This document shows positions 21,389 through 31,536 of a stretch of DNA of 64,000 nucleotides, piece after piece (the stretch's first letter is position 1; each line of letters starts with the position of its first letter). The DNA is from Nitrospirota bacterium (GTDB taxonomy: Bacteria > Nitrospirota > UBA9217), in the NCBI GenBank assembly GCA_963796285.1, contig CAWCKW010000012.1, forward strand, positions 1,728,001 to 1,792,000, given 5' to 3'. The translations under genes and the position numbers were made by a program. A model generated the notes under the pieces. That model searched no databases. It saw only the letters and a program-made list of their open reading frames with translations, and was not told the origin of the DNA.

Positions 21389-21946
21389 TCATTTGATCCT
21401 CTGCGAGATCTTCTTGAACTCCGCCGTGCCGGCCACTTTTAAAAGCTGAAACAGCACCGTCTCGGTGCAGGTCACGACAGCGCCCGCCTCGCGCATGAAC
21501 TCGGTCCCGATCTTCCAGTTCTCCTTGACGCGGGAACAGACCGCGTCCTCTACGACGTGGACGTTGATCCCGCCCCTGAGCAGGCCGATGCAGGTCTGGA
21601 GCACGCAGATATGCGTCTCCATGCCCGTCAGGACAACGCTGCTTTTATTGTGCTCCTTGAGCTCCTCCAGGAACGCGGGCTGGCCGCAGCAATCGAAGGT
21701 CATCTTCTCGAAAGGGCGATAGAACGGCAAGGCCTCGCGTATCTCCGGTACGGTCGTGCCGAGACCCCTGGGATACTGCTCCGTCACCATGACCGGCATG
21801 CTGATCATCTTCGCGAGCTCGATCAGGTGCAGGTTGTTCTTGATGACCTTTTCCTTTTCCTTCATCACCGCCGCAAGCTTGTCCTGAATATCAACGATCA
21901 GAAGGACGGTGTCTTCCTTATCAATAATAAATTTATCCAATGTCAT
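21389..21946 (-). CDS. Isochorismatase-family hydrolase
   Basis: VDIQ, TEQYPRGLG and GMETHICVLQT motifs. Confidence 0.9.
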   Translation of the reverse strand: MTLDKFIIDKEDTVLLIVDIQDKLAAVMKEKEKVIKNNLHLIELAKMISMPVMVTEQYPRGLGTTVPEIREALPFYRPFEKMTFDCCGQPAFLEELKEHNKSSVVLTGMETHICVLQTCIGLLRGGINVHVVEDAVCSRVKENWKIGTEFMREAGAVVTCTETVLFQLLKVAGTAEFKKISQRIK

Positions 21947-22033
21947 GCCTTATCTTCTTCCTGAGAACGAATTATTGGTTGTCCTTTCTGCTTTTCATTC
22001 CGCATTCCGCACTCCACAATCCGCATTTCCGTT

Positions 22034-22053
22034 GACCCGGCAACCTGCCGGTC
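22034..22053 (-). promoter_or_regulatory. SECIS-like hairpin after the C-terminal UGA
   Basis: Minus strand GA-CCGGCA-GGT-TGCCGG-GTC begins about 11 nt downstream of the UGA and has a G-containing apical loop. Confidence 0.65.
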
Positions 22054-22054
22054 C

Positions 22055-22273
22055 TTATACGCCTCATGATCCGCCGGCATAACCGATGGACACGTTATCC
22101 TCCTCCACGATCACCGGCACTTTCCTCACACCCTTTGAATATCTCAGCATCTCATCCAGTTTCGCACGTTCAGCCCTCACATCGTAATATACGGCCTTGC
22201 TCCCGTAGACCGACCTGGCCTTATCAGTATGCGGTCAGCCTGCTTTCCCGAAGATCATCACCTTCTCTGCCAT
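22055..22273 (-). CDS. Glutaredoxin-like UXX-star selenoprotein, 72 aa, two Sec (UGA) codons; absent from the ORF track
   Basis: Manual translation: MAEKVMIFGKAG-U-PHTDKARSVYGSKAVYYDVRAERAKLDEMLRYSKGVRKVPVIVEEDNVSIGYAGGS-U-GV*. GAGGAGG RBS. TGA codons at 22235-22237 and 22064-22066. Confidence 0.88.
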
Positions 22274-22329
22274 AGGTACCCTCCTCTATGCAAATGGAAA
22301 TCATATAAATATATAATATCATTTTACGG

Positions 22330-23019
22330 GTGCAAAAGTACATATTTTACGATACAATCGAAAATGTGATGTCATTGGGAACAAATCCTTCGGCAGGTTT
22401 GTCATATACTAGAGGCCACAGCAGCGCTCTTGGATCGGATGACGATGCTGCGCTCGTATCGTCTGCCCAAAAAGGCGACCTGAATGCTTTTGAATTGCTT
22501 GTTGGGCGATACCAGAAGAAGATGCTCAACATCTCCTTCCGGCTGGTCGGGGATTACGATGATGCGTGCGAGGTCGTGCAGGACGCTTTTGTCTCTGCTT
22601 ACAGGAACATCAAAACATTCCGTGGGGACGCGAAGTTCACGACCTGGCTTACAACAATCACCCTGAACCTGTCGAAGAACCGATTGAAGCAGATGAGGTC
22701 CCGACAGGGCCATGAAGCCTTTTCCCTGAACGATCCGATCCAGACCGATGACGGCGAGATGACCATGGACCCGCCGTCAAACGAGCCTTCCGCACTCAAC
22801 CGCCTGGAAAAAAGGGACGTCCAAGCCAAAGTGCAGGACTGCATCAAGGCTCTTGACACGGATTTTCGGGAAGTCCTCATCCTTCGCGACATGCAGGAGT
22901 TTTCATATGAAGAGATCGGGAGCATGCTCAAGGTGCGCGAAGGCACGATCAAATCTCGGCTGTTCAGGGCCCGGGAAATGGTAAAGGATTGTTTGAAGAA
23001 GTTTATGGGAGAACTCTGA
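22330..23019 (+). CDS. ECF RNA polymerase sigma factor (true start probably further downstream)
   Basis: GDLNAFELLV.RYQ, DACEVVQDAF, FTTWL and SYEEI...GTIKSRLFRAR motifs. Confidence 0.93.
   Translation: MQKYIFYDTIENVMSLGTNPSAGLSYTRGHSSALGSDDDAALVSSAQKGDLNAFELLVGRYQKKMLNISFRLVGDYDDACEVVQDAFVSAYRNIKTFRGDAKFTTWLTTITLNLSKNRLKQMRSRQGHEAFSLNDPIQTDDGEMTMDPPSNEPSALNRLEKRDVQAKVQDCIKALDTDFREVLILRDMQEFSYEEIGSMLKVREGTIKSRLFRAREMVKDCLKKFMGEL
22378..22406 (+). promoter_or_regulatory. Putative ECF promoter (autoregulatory)
   Basis: GGAAC-N18-GTCATA. Confidence 0.5.
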
Positions 23020-23070
23020 CCTACAGTCTCCTCTCCTCTCTTGCGGGAGAGGATGGGTGAGGGGTATTCA

Positions 23071-24138
23071 ATGGAACATAACCACATACGTCATAAACTT
23101 TCCGAATATATCGATGGATCCGTCACGGGTGAAGAACAGGCGACGATCGAAGCTCACCTCAAGACCTGCCTGCAATGCAGCGGCGCGCTCGAAGAGCTTC
23201 GGAAGACCGTCGAGCACGTCAAGACTGTTGAAGAGATCGAACCGCCCGCCTGGATGACGCAGAAGATCATGGCTAAGGTGCGTGCTGAGGCGGAGGAGAA
23301 AAAGACCATCTTTAAGCGGCTATTCTTTCCGCTCGCGGTCAAGCTGCCCGTTCAGGCTGTGGCTGTCCTATTCCTTTCAATAACGGCCTATTACATCTAT
23401 CAGAATATAAATCCCGCGGACAGATATACCGGAACAACAAGAGTGGCTACGGCAAAGAAAGAAGTATCAACTTTCCCGGCCCCGGGAAAAGAAGAAGGCG
23501 CTTCTGTTATAAAGAAAGATGCGCTTGATAAAATGCAAAGCTCCACACAGCGTTCAAAACAGGCTCCGCAATCCCCGGAATATAAAGCTCTGGACATGAA
23601 ACAGGAATACGAAAAGCCCGCGCCCCCGGTTCCGGAAGGCAAAGCAACGGTGCCGGCCCCCGCTCCGGCAAAGCCTGCAGAGCAGCCTGTGCTTGCCACA
23701 CAGGAGGCAACCTCAGGGAAAATGGCTGCCGCGCCGCAGGCAGGCGCTCCGGCCATGATGAGGAAGCAGAATGACGTGGCGAACGAGAGCGGTGAGCGTG
23801 GGGTATCAAAGCGCAAATCGATGGCATCAGCAGAAGGAACCGCGACGAAACCCGCCAACAGATCTGAGCAAGTGGTCCAGGAGCGCTACCCGGACGACAA
23901 ACCGAAATTGGTCGTAACGTTCGATCTCGCTGGCTCTCACAGGGTCAAGCGTGCCGAGGAACGGTTCAACAGCAGTGGCGAGCGTGACGGACTGCAACGG
24001 GAATATTATGAGTCTGGTCGAGTTAAAACAGAAGCCCAGTATAGCTATGGAAAACTCGAATGGTACAGGGAATTCCAACCAGATGGTGTGAAAAAGATCG
24101 GCAAATCGGATTTTGACTGGTTTTGGCTAAAGAAATAG
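23071..24138 (+). CDS. Zinc-finger (HxxxCxxC) transmembrane anti-sigma factor, DUF2275-like
   Basis: HLKTCLQC motif, one TM, Pro/Ala linker, C-terminal MORN-variant-like repeats (YYESGRVK); follows the ECF sigma gene. Confidence 0.85.
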   Translation: MEHNHIRHKLSEYIDGSVTGEEQATIEAHLKTCLQCSGALEELRKTVEHVKTVEEIEPPAWMTQKIMAKVRAEAEEKKTIFKRLFFPLAVKLPVQAVAVLFLSITAYYIYQNINPADRYTGTTRVATAKKEVSTFPAPGKEEGASVIKKDALDKMQSSTQRSKQAPQSPEYKALDMKQEYEKPAPPVPEGKATVPAPAPAKPAEQPVLATQEATSGKMAAAPQAGAPAMMRKQNDVANESGERGVSKRKSMASAEGTATKPANRSEQVVQERYPDDKPKLVVTFDLAGSHRVKRAEERFNSSGERDGLQREYYESGRVKTEAQYSYGKLEWYREFQPDGVKKIGKSDFDWFWLKK

Positions 24139-24150
24139 CTTTCCTCATCA

Positions 24151-24179
24151 GGAACTTTTTCCAAACCTCCTTTGTCTAA
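24151..24179 (+). promoter_or_regulatory. Putative ECF (sigmaE-type) promoter
   Basis: GGAACTT-N16-GTCTAA upstream of the DUF4139 gene. Confidence 0.6.
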
Positions 24180-24221
24180 TGAACCAAGAGCGGTTCAATT
24201 CAATTTCAAAGGAGGTTCATC

Positions 24222-25680
24222 ATGAGAATCAATCATCTTGCGACGGTCCTGGCGGTTCTGTTTTTAGTAGGTATCGGTTATTGTCCGGTTTCATCGGCAG
24301 AAAAAAAAGAGGTAAAGCACGAAACAGCATCAAGTACGCTGGACGATCAGACGGGCGTTGCGCTCACCATCTACAACGTCAACCTGGGCCTGGTCAAGGA
24401 CCAGCGCGCCATCAAGCTGTTCAAAGGCATCGGCGATCTGCGGTTCATGGATGTGGCTTCGCAGATCATGCCCACCAGCGTCCACATCAAATCACTCGTC
24501 AATCCCGAAACCCTGCAGGTACTCGAGCAGAACTACGAATACGACCTGTTGAACCCCCAGAAGCTGCTCGATAAATACGTGGGCAAAGAAGTAAAGCTTT
24601 ACACGAAGAATCCCTACACTGAACGGGAGGAGGTCGTGATTGCCACGCTCCTGTCGAACAACGGCCAACCCATCTTCAAGATAGGCGATGAGATCACCTT
24701 CGGCCACCCCGGCAGGATCGTCTTCCCCGGAGTGCCGGAGAATCTCAACGCCAAGCCGACCCTTGTCTGGATGCTCGACAACGACCTGCCTTCAGCACAG
24801 AAGATCGAGGCCACGTACCTTACGAACGGCATCAACTGGCGGTCCGATTATGTCGTGACGCTGAATGACAAGGACGACAAGGCCGACCTCTCGGGCTGGG
24901 TGACCATCGACAACCACAGCGGCGCAACATATAAGAACGCAAAGCTCAAGCTCGTTGCCGGTGATGTGAACAGGGTAAAGAACGAATATGAATATAAGGA
25001 CAAGATGATGCGCGTGGCAGAAATGGCGGCGAAAGCGGCAGCACCGCAGTTCAAGGAGGATTCATTCTTCGAATACCATATTTATACCCTCGAACGGCCG
25101 GCCACGGTCAAGGACAACCAGACCAAGCAGATCAGCCTGGTCACTGCCGACGATATCCCGGTTAAAAAAGAGCTTCTCTATTACGGGGCGAACTATTATT
25201 ACTACCAGCCGCTATGGCGAGGCCATGTCGAACCAGAAGATCGGCGTATTCGTCGAGATCCAGAACAAGAAAGTGAACAACCTCGGCATCCCGCTGCCCA
25301 AAGGCACGGTGAGGGTCTACAAGGCTGACAAGGAAGGGAGCCTCCAGTTCGTGGGCGAGGATTCGATCGACCATACTCCCAAGGATGAGAAGGTCAGGAT
25401 CAAGCTCGGCGATGCCTTTGACGTGGTGGGAAGCAGAAAACAGACGGACTGGAAGAAGATCGCCTATGATACCTACGAAGCGGCATTCGAAATATCGCTC
25501 AGGAACCACAAGAAGGAAGACGTGGTCGTCAAGGTCGTGGAACCGATCCCCGGCGACTGGAAGATGCTCTCGTCATCACACGAATACACCAAAAGCGAGG
25601 CCTTCACCGCCGAGTTCAATATCCCGGTGCCGAAGGACCAGGAAGTGAAGCTTACCTACCGGGTGAGGATGAGGTATTAG
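24222..25680 (+). CDS. Exported DUF4139 domain protein (one frameshift near 25200)
   Basis: Signal peptide, [35 protein letters not shown] and [11 protein letters not shown] motifs. Confidence 0.85.
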
Positions 25681-25772
25681 ACCAGGGGGCACATACATCA
25701 CAGCCGCAGCAATGATAACCCGCTGCGGCTGATACACGTTCTCTGATATTCAGGGAAATGGCCCCGTCAGCA

Positions 25773-26072
25773 TTATTTCATTTTGGAAAGAAGATATATC
25801 GACATCTCATATTTCTTTCCTTCTTCTTTTTTCACGGCCTGATAGAAATCACACTTTTCACATTGTCCATACTTCGCGGCAAAAGTACCCTGCACCTTTC
25901 CACCGCACAACGAACCCGCTATTATCCAGCACGCTCTCCCGGCATTTTCGCCTCCATGAACGCCATCCAATCGTTGCTCCTTCGAAGCCGGGCAGACACC
26001 AAGATCCTTTTCGTGTTCTCCTCCCTTTGTCCGGCCGCATTTTTTAACTTCCCAGCAGTTTCGTTTCTTCAA
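25773..26072 (-). CDS. Two-CW domain small Cys-rich protein (start uncertain)
   Basis: NCWEVKKCGR...CPA...GRACWIIAGSLCGG...CEKCDFY. Confidence 0.8.
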   Translation of the reverse strand: MKKRNCWEVKKCGRTKGGEHEKDLGVCPASKEQRLDGVHGGENAGRACWIIAGSLCGGKVQGTFAAKYGQCEKCDFYQAVKKEEGKKYEMSIYLLSKMK

Positions 26073-26190
26073 TACTGAAATCCTCCTTTTATTACTACTC
26101 AATAGCTCATGAGATTATAAAAATCAAGTAAAAAAACAATCTTCTTTATACTATTTGCAATGTTTGAGAATCATGAGGGAATAGGTTTCC

Positions 26191-27264
26191 TTATAACCAC
26201 TTCTTCCGCTTGAAATAAAGGAACATGGAAGCGCCAATGCCGAACATCGCGAGGAGCGCGAAGAAATACCCGTAGTGCCACTCCAGCTCCGGCATGTACT
26301 TGAAATTCATCCCGTACACCCCAACGATGAAGGTGAGCGGCATGAAGATCAGGGAGATCGCTGTCAGGACCTTCATGACCTCATTCAACCGGTTGCTGAC
26401 GCTCGACAGGTACATGTCGAGCATGCTTGAAAGCATCTCACGGTAGATGTCCACACTGTCGATGATATGAATGACATGGTCGTAGACGTCCCGCAGGTAC
26501 GGCACCGTGGGTTGGCTGATCAGCGTTGACTCATGCTTGCCCAGGCCGTTCACGACCTCCCGGAGGGGCCATACCGCGTTGTGAAGGAATATCATTTCTC
26601 GCTTTAATTGATATATCTTCTGAACGGTAGTCTGTGTCGGCTGCTCGATCAATTCAGTTTCGAGCGTTTCGATCTTGTCGCCGAACTTTTCCAGGATCAC
26701 AAAGTAATTGTCCACCACCGCGTCGATGAGTGCATAGGCGAGGTAGTCGGCCTTCATTTTTCGGATGCGGCCCTTGCCGGTCCGGAGATGATCACGGATC
26801 AGGTTGAACACGTCGCCCTCTATCCCTTCCTGAAACGAAAGGACGAAGTTAGGGCCGAGGATGATGCTGATCTGTTCGGTGACGATATCGCCGTTCTTCC
26901 CGATCGTCAGCATTTTGAGCACGAGGTAGAGGTAGTCGCCGAAATCCTCCATCTTGGGACGCTGGTCCGTGTTCATGATGTCTTCCATAACGAGCCGGTG
27001 CAATCCGAAGCATGCTCCGAGCTTTTCGAGCATGGCAACGTTATGGACGCCGTCCACATTGATCCAGGTGACGGTGGGTTTGTTCCTGTAGGGGATGCAT
27101 GCTTCGACAGAGGTCAGTTCTGATTCAATTAAATTCGCCTCGTCATAATCGACCACGTGAATGCTGATCTTTTCATCCTTCTTCTCTCCGGTATACACCA
27201 GTGTCCCTGACGGAAGGCCCGCCTTTTGGGACCTTTTTTTCGAAAGTTTGCGCAGTGAGGGCAT
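26191..27264 (-). CDS. corA: Magnesium/cobalt transporter CorA
   Basis: QRPKME and YGMNF motifs, two C-terminal TMs, MPELEW. Confidence 0.97.
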   Translation of the reverse strand: MPSLRKLSKKRSQKAGLPSGTLVYTGEKKDEKISIHVVDYDEANLIESELTSVEACIPYRNKPTVTWINVDGVHNVAMLEKLGACFGLHRLVMEDIMNTDQRPKMEDFGDYLYLVLKMLTIGKNGDIVTEQISIILGPNFVLSFQEGIEGDVFNLIRDHLRTGKGRIRKMKADYLAYALIDAVVDNYFVILEKFGDKIETLETELIEQPTQTTVQKIYQLKREMIFLHNAVWPLREVVNGLGKHESTLISQPTVPYLRDVYDHVIHIIDSVDIYREMLSSMLDMYLSSVSNRLNEVMKVLTAISLIFMPLTFIVGVYGMNFKYMPELEWHYGYFFALLAMFGIGASMFLYFKRKKWL

Positions 27265-28115
27265 TAAGTGAACTCCTTGAGCGTTTCCTCGATCTTTTTC
27301 ACGTCAAAAGCCTGATGTACGAGCGGGTGATCCTTGATCATCGGCACACGCTCTTCGAACGTCTGCCGGTTATTGCGATAGATCACGCCGATGGGTATCC
27401 GATCGCCCCATTCGAGCGCCTTGACGAAGGCCGCCTTCCGGTCTTCGGGATTGTAGTCGGCTTCAATGTGATAGACCCGCTGCTTGAACCAGTCATAGGT
27501 GTTCACTTTGTTGAAGGTCACACAGGGCTGAAGGATGTCGAGCAGCGCAAACCCTTTGTGGTTGATCGCCTCTTTCATGAGGCCTTTGAGGTGCTCCATA
27601 TCGGCGGCATATCCCCGGGCTGCGAAACTGCAGTCTAGGGCAACAGCGAGCGCCATGGGGTTGAACTGTTCCGAGATCACGCCGAAAGGCATATTCTTGG
27701 TCACCACCCCTTCGCCCGTTGTAGGGGACGCCTGCCCCTTGGTGAGACCGTAGACCTGGTTGTCATGCACAAAGAGCTTCACACTGATGTTCCTGCGCAT
27801 GGCAGCCATAAGATGGTTGCCGCCCTCGCCGTAGCTGTCGCCGTCGCCGGTCGTGACGATGACCGGCATCTCGTGGTTCGCGAGCCTGATGCCCGTGGCA
27901 ACCGGAAGCGTTCTGCCGTGCAGTCCGTTAAAGGTGTTGCACTTTGTATAGTGTGGAAGTTTGGCGGCCTGACCGATGCCCGAGACGACGATAAACTGGT
28001 GCGGCTCCATGCCGAGCTCGACCATGGTGTCCTTGAAGGTATTCAGGATCGCGAAATTGCCGCACCCCATGCACCAGGCCGGGACCTGTCCTCTATATGT
28101 TTCCAAGGTAATCAT
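27264..28115 (-). CDS. korB: 2-oxoacid:ferredoxin oxidoreductase beta subunit
   Basis: WCMGCG, LHGR, GDGD TPP motif, YGLTKGQASPT and QPCVTFN. Confidence 0.93.
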   Translation of the reverse strand: MITLETYRGQVPAWCMGCGNFAILNTFKDTMVELGMEPHQFIVVSGIGQAAKLPHYTKCNTFNGLHGRTLPVATGIRLANHEMPVIVTTGDGDSYGEGGNHLMAAMRRNISVKLFVHDNQVYGLTKGQASPTTGEGVVTKNMPFGVISEQFNPMALAVALDCSFAARGYAADMEHLKGLMKEAINHKGFALLDILQPCVTFNKVNTYDWFKQRVYHIEADYNPEDRKAAFVKALEWGDRIPIGVIYRNNRQTFEERVPMIKDHPLVHQAFDVKKIEETLKEFT

Positions 28116-29824
28116 CGATCTCTCCTGTCAGGCCTTCAACCGTAAACGGCCTGCCGTCATATTTGTGAATGTGTCCTGAAAATTCAAATCCCGTCTCGCT
28201 TCGCATTAAACGGCTGAATTGTCCCGTTGCATTGTTCTCCACGCAAAGGGGAAGTTTTGCCCGTTCGAGGAACTTGACATAGTCGAAGCGCTCCCGGATG
28301 CGGAAGGGGGAAAACCTCACTGAAGTGAAGCATGGCGATGCTCGTTGTAGTTGCCAGGGCGTCGACCGCCTCTTTCATGACGCCGTACGTTGAACCCCAT
28401 CCCGTCAGGACAACGCGAGGGTCATGATCGCCATAGAGGAACGGCGGCGCGATCTCTTGTCTGATAAGCGGCAGCTTTTTGAACCACCGCTTCTCCACCA
28501 TGTTGACCCGCGTCAATGCGTCCTCGACAATATGACCTTCTTCGTCATGCTCGTCGCTGTCCGTGACCACGAGGTGCCTCGCGTCCCCGGGGACTCCGAG
28601 GGGGCTGATCCCGGTGTCGGTATAGGCGTGCCGCTTGTAGCTGGAAAGTTTTTTAAACGCATCTCCCCGCAGACGATGGTCCTGGTATCGTAGTTTACTC
28701 ACATCGAATCCTTCAAACGTCCACTGAGTGTCGGCAAGATACGTGTCGAAAAGAATAAAGACCGGTATCTGGTACTTTTCCGCAAGGTCGAAGGCCTTGT
28801 TCGTGAGAAAGAACGCCTCGCGAGGCGTACCCGGCGCGAATATCACGCGAGGAAACTCCCCGTGTCCTGCGGAAATGAGGAACTGGAGTTCGCCCTGCTC
28901 GGTTCGCGTCGGGAACCCCGTCGCCGGTCCCGGCCGTTGCCCCATGGCTATCACCACGGGCGTCTCGGTCATGCCCGAGAGTGAAAGTCCCTCGACCATG
29001 AGGGAGAAGCCGCCGCCCGATGTGCCGGTCATGGCGCGCACACCGGCAAAGGACGCGCCGAGAGCCATGTTGATGGCGGCGATCTCGTCCTCGGCCTGTT
29101 CCACGACAACACCGTATTCCTTTTCCTTGGTCGCGAGATAGTTCATGATGCCTGTCGAAGGCGTCATGGGGTAGGCGGAATAGAACTTACACCCCGACGC
29201 CAGTGCGCCGAGGGCGATGGACTCAACGCCTCCAACGAGCAGCAGGGCTTTTGCCGATCCCTCAGTACGGACGGAAAAGTTGCACGTGAGGCACCCCTTG
29301 ATTGCATGGTCATGGCCTGCCATGGCCGCGTTCTTGTTTGCGGCAACGACCTTATCGCCTTTTTTCACGAAGGTCTCGGCAATGAGGCCCATCAGGATAT
29401 CAAGGTCCATCCCCAGCATGCCAAGGACCGCTCCCGTTGCTACCGTGTTCGCCATGATCCTGTCGCCGCCATGCTCCATGGCAAGCTTCTCAAAAGGGAT
29501 GTCGAGAAATGCGGGTTTGTCGTGCTTTTCCTTGAGCGTCTCTGAATCGTAGATGATCCGGCCACCGGAGGTGAGCTCACGCTCGTGGAGCCGGAGACTC
29601 TCCTTGTCCAGGGCAACGATAATGTCGATTGCTTCCCGGGGCGCCGAAACCGGCCTGTCCGAAAACCGTATCTGGTAGAAATTGTGCCCGCCGCGGATGC
29701 GCGATTCATAATCCTGGTTCGTGAAGACATGGTGTCCCGAGCGGGCAAAAACATGTCCCAGCGTGTCACCGATCGTCTGGATTCCCTGTCCTGCTTCTCC
29801 GCCGATCTTGATGGAATAATCCAT
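28093..29824 (-). CDS. korA: 2-oxoacid:ferredoxin oxidoreductase alpha subunit, gamma-alpha fusion (frameshift near 28306)
   Basis: GGEAGQGI, SRIRGG, YPMTPS, QAEDEIAA and QRPGPATG motifs. C-terminus ENNATGQ...YDGRPF lies in the 28093..28320 frame. Confidence 0.93.
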
Positions 29825-30028
29825 AATTTCCTCTTTCCGAGACGGTATTGATGGGTGGTTACTAAAGATTCAGGTTCACCTCATAGTGAGAAGAAGAATT
29901 GCAATCATTTTGACTGGATAACAATAGCAACAGGATTCCGGAATGTAGCGAAGAAAGAACCCCGATCTTATCCTACTAGTCACGTTAAAGACTTGTCAGC
30001 TCTGGCTTGAGCAGGTAAGGATACGACC

Positions 30029-30358
30029 TTACCCGATATCTTCTATCGTGATCCCGCCGGATTCGAGGAGTTGCGAAAGAAGAACAAACCCTCCGCAGGG
30101 CAGTGCTGCCCGGTTCTGCATAAAGTCGCAGTCATGTTCATAAAAATCACAGGCAGTGCACATTTTATTAACAATCAACTCTGCGGTAGCGGGTGCAAAC
30201 TCACATCGATGGCCATCGAGAACCAGGCTTTTCCCTTCACGCAGGCACCTTTCCACAACAGTATAACCCCTGCAAGCCAGCGCTTCGTTCTTGTCAGGCT
30301 TATAATAGGTGCAGTATTGTGAACAGAGCGTTCGTTCCAACGGCTTTTTTATTCTCAT
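30029..30358 (-). CDS. Cys-rich hypothetical protein divergent from the radical SAM gene
   Basis: 109-aa ORF with CSQYC, ACRG, CTACDFYEHDCDF and PCGG motifs; TATAAT just upstream. Confidence 0.7.
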   Translation of the reverse strand: MRIKKPLERTLCSQYCTYYKPDKNEALACRGYTVVERCLREGKSLVLDGHRCEFAPATAELIVNKMCTACDFYEHDCDFMQNRAALPCGGFVLLSQLLESGGITIEDIG

Positions 30359-30390
30359 TGTTTCGTATTATAACAAAATACAGGGTACAG

Positions 30391-30399
30391 TGCTATAAT
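30391..30399 (+). promoter_or_regulatory. Extended -10 promoter, implying a leaderless radical SAM mRNA
   Basis: TGCTATAAT ends 7 nt before the ATG at 30406 and no SD sequence is present. Confidence 0.6.
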
Positions 30400-30405
30400 A
30401 ACACC

Positions 30406-31536
30406 ATGAATTACTATTTTACACGACGGGCTGTCCTGAAATGGCTCGAGACCCCGTCTGTTTATCAGATCGCAAAAGACGAATTATACGAACTTGACAG
30501 CGCATCATTCGACTTTTTTAAGAACTGCGCTTCAGAGGACGGGTGCGCCTCAAAGGACAGCGCGTTCATAGACTACTGTCTGGAGGAGGGGCTGCTGACG
30601 ACAACGCCGGGTGCGGTCAAACGGCCCGCTCTCAAACAAGCCCCTGAACCGTCACTTCGCTACCTTGAACTCCAGATCACCGACGCCTGCAACCTCAGAT
30701 GCAAACACTGCTATATCGGTGATGCCGGCCGGAATGAATTGACGCCGGAACAGGTGGAAAAGGTTTTGCGCGAATTCGAGAGGATGCAGGGTCTGCGCGT
30801 ACTGATAACCGGAGGCGAACCGCTGGTTCACAAAAATTTCCACGAGATCAATGAGATGCTCCCTGATTTTTTCATCAGAAAGGTCCTCTTCACGAACGGG
30901 GTGCTTCTCAATAGAGAAAAGCTGAAAGTCCTCAAGGTCGACGAGATCCAGGTGAGCGTGGATGGACTTGAACCTGCCCATGACAAGCTCCGCGGAAACG
31001 GGACATTCAAGCACTCCCTGGATGCAATGAAACACGCGCTTGACGCAGGCTTCGATGTATCAGTGTCTACCATGGTCCATCAGTACAATCGAGCGGACTT
31101 CGACAGCATGGAACAACTTTTCAAGGGAATGGGTATCAAGGATTGGACCGTGGATATTCCCTGTGCGACCGGCAGACTGAAAAATAACGCGGAGCTGTAT
31201 GTCAGCCCCGAGGAAGGCGGGAGGTATCTCGGCTACGGTTATGGGAACGGACTCCATTCTTCCACGCAGGGGTATGGCTGCGGCCTCCATCTCATGGCGG
31301 TGATGGCTGATGGGGGCATCGCTAAATGCACATTTTACGGGGCCCAACCCGTGGGCACCGTGGAGCATGGCCTTCAAACAGCCTGGAGTAAAATCCATCC
31401 GGTCATGCTGAAGGACCTGGAGTGCGACTGCGAGTACCTTGAAGTATGCCGGGGAGGGTGCCGGTACCGGGCGGAGCTTATCGACGGAAAAGGTGGAAAA
31501 GACCTTTACCGGTGCATGCTGTATGGTATAATATAA
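30406..31536 (+). CDS. Radical SAM/SPASM-domain protein with an N-terminal RRE/PqqD-like extension (putative peptide maturase)
   Basis: CNLRCKHC, TGGEP, VSVDG and C-terminal C..(GGIAK)C...CDC...CRGGC...C. About 80-aa N-terminal extension. Confidence 0.9.
   Translation: MNYYFTRRAVLKWLETPSVYQIAKDELYELDSASFDFFKNCASEDGCASKDSAFIDYCLEEGLLTTTPGAVKRPALKQAPEPSLRYLELQITDACNLRCKHCYIGDAGRNELTPEQVEKVLREFERMQGLRVLITGGEPLVHKNFHEINEMLPDFFIRKVLFTNGVLLNREKLKVLKVDEIQVSVDGLEPAHDKLRGNGTFKHSLDAMKHALDAGFDVSVSTMVHQYNRADFDSMEQLFKGMGIKDWTVDIPCATGRLKNNAELYVSPEEGGRYLGYGYGNGLHSSTQGYGCGLHLMAVMADGGIAKCTFYGAQPVGTVEHGLQTAWSKIHPVMLKDLECDCEYLEVCRGGCRYRAELIDGKGGKDLYRCMLYGII

Noticed and set aside
30193-30405. N-terminal 71-aa extension of the rSAM ORF given in the ORF track
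   Set aside because: It overlaps the divergent Cys-rich gene, and a promoter sits directly before the ATG at 30406.
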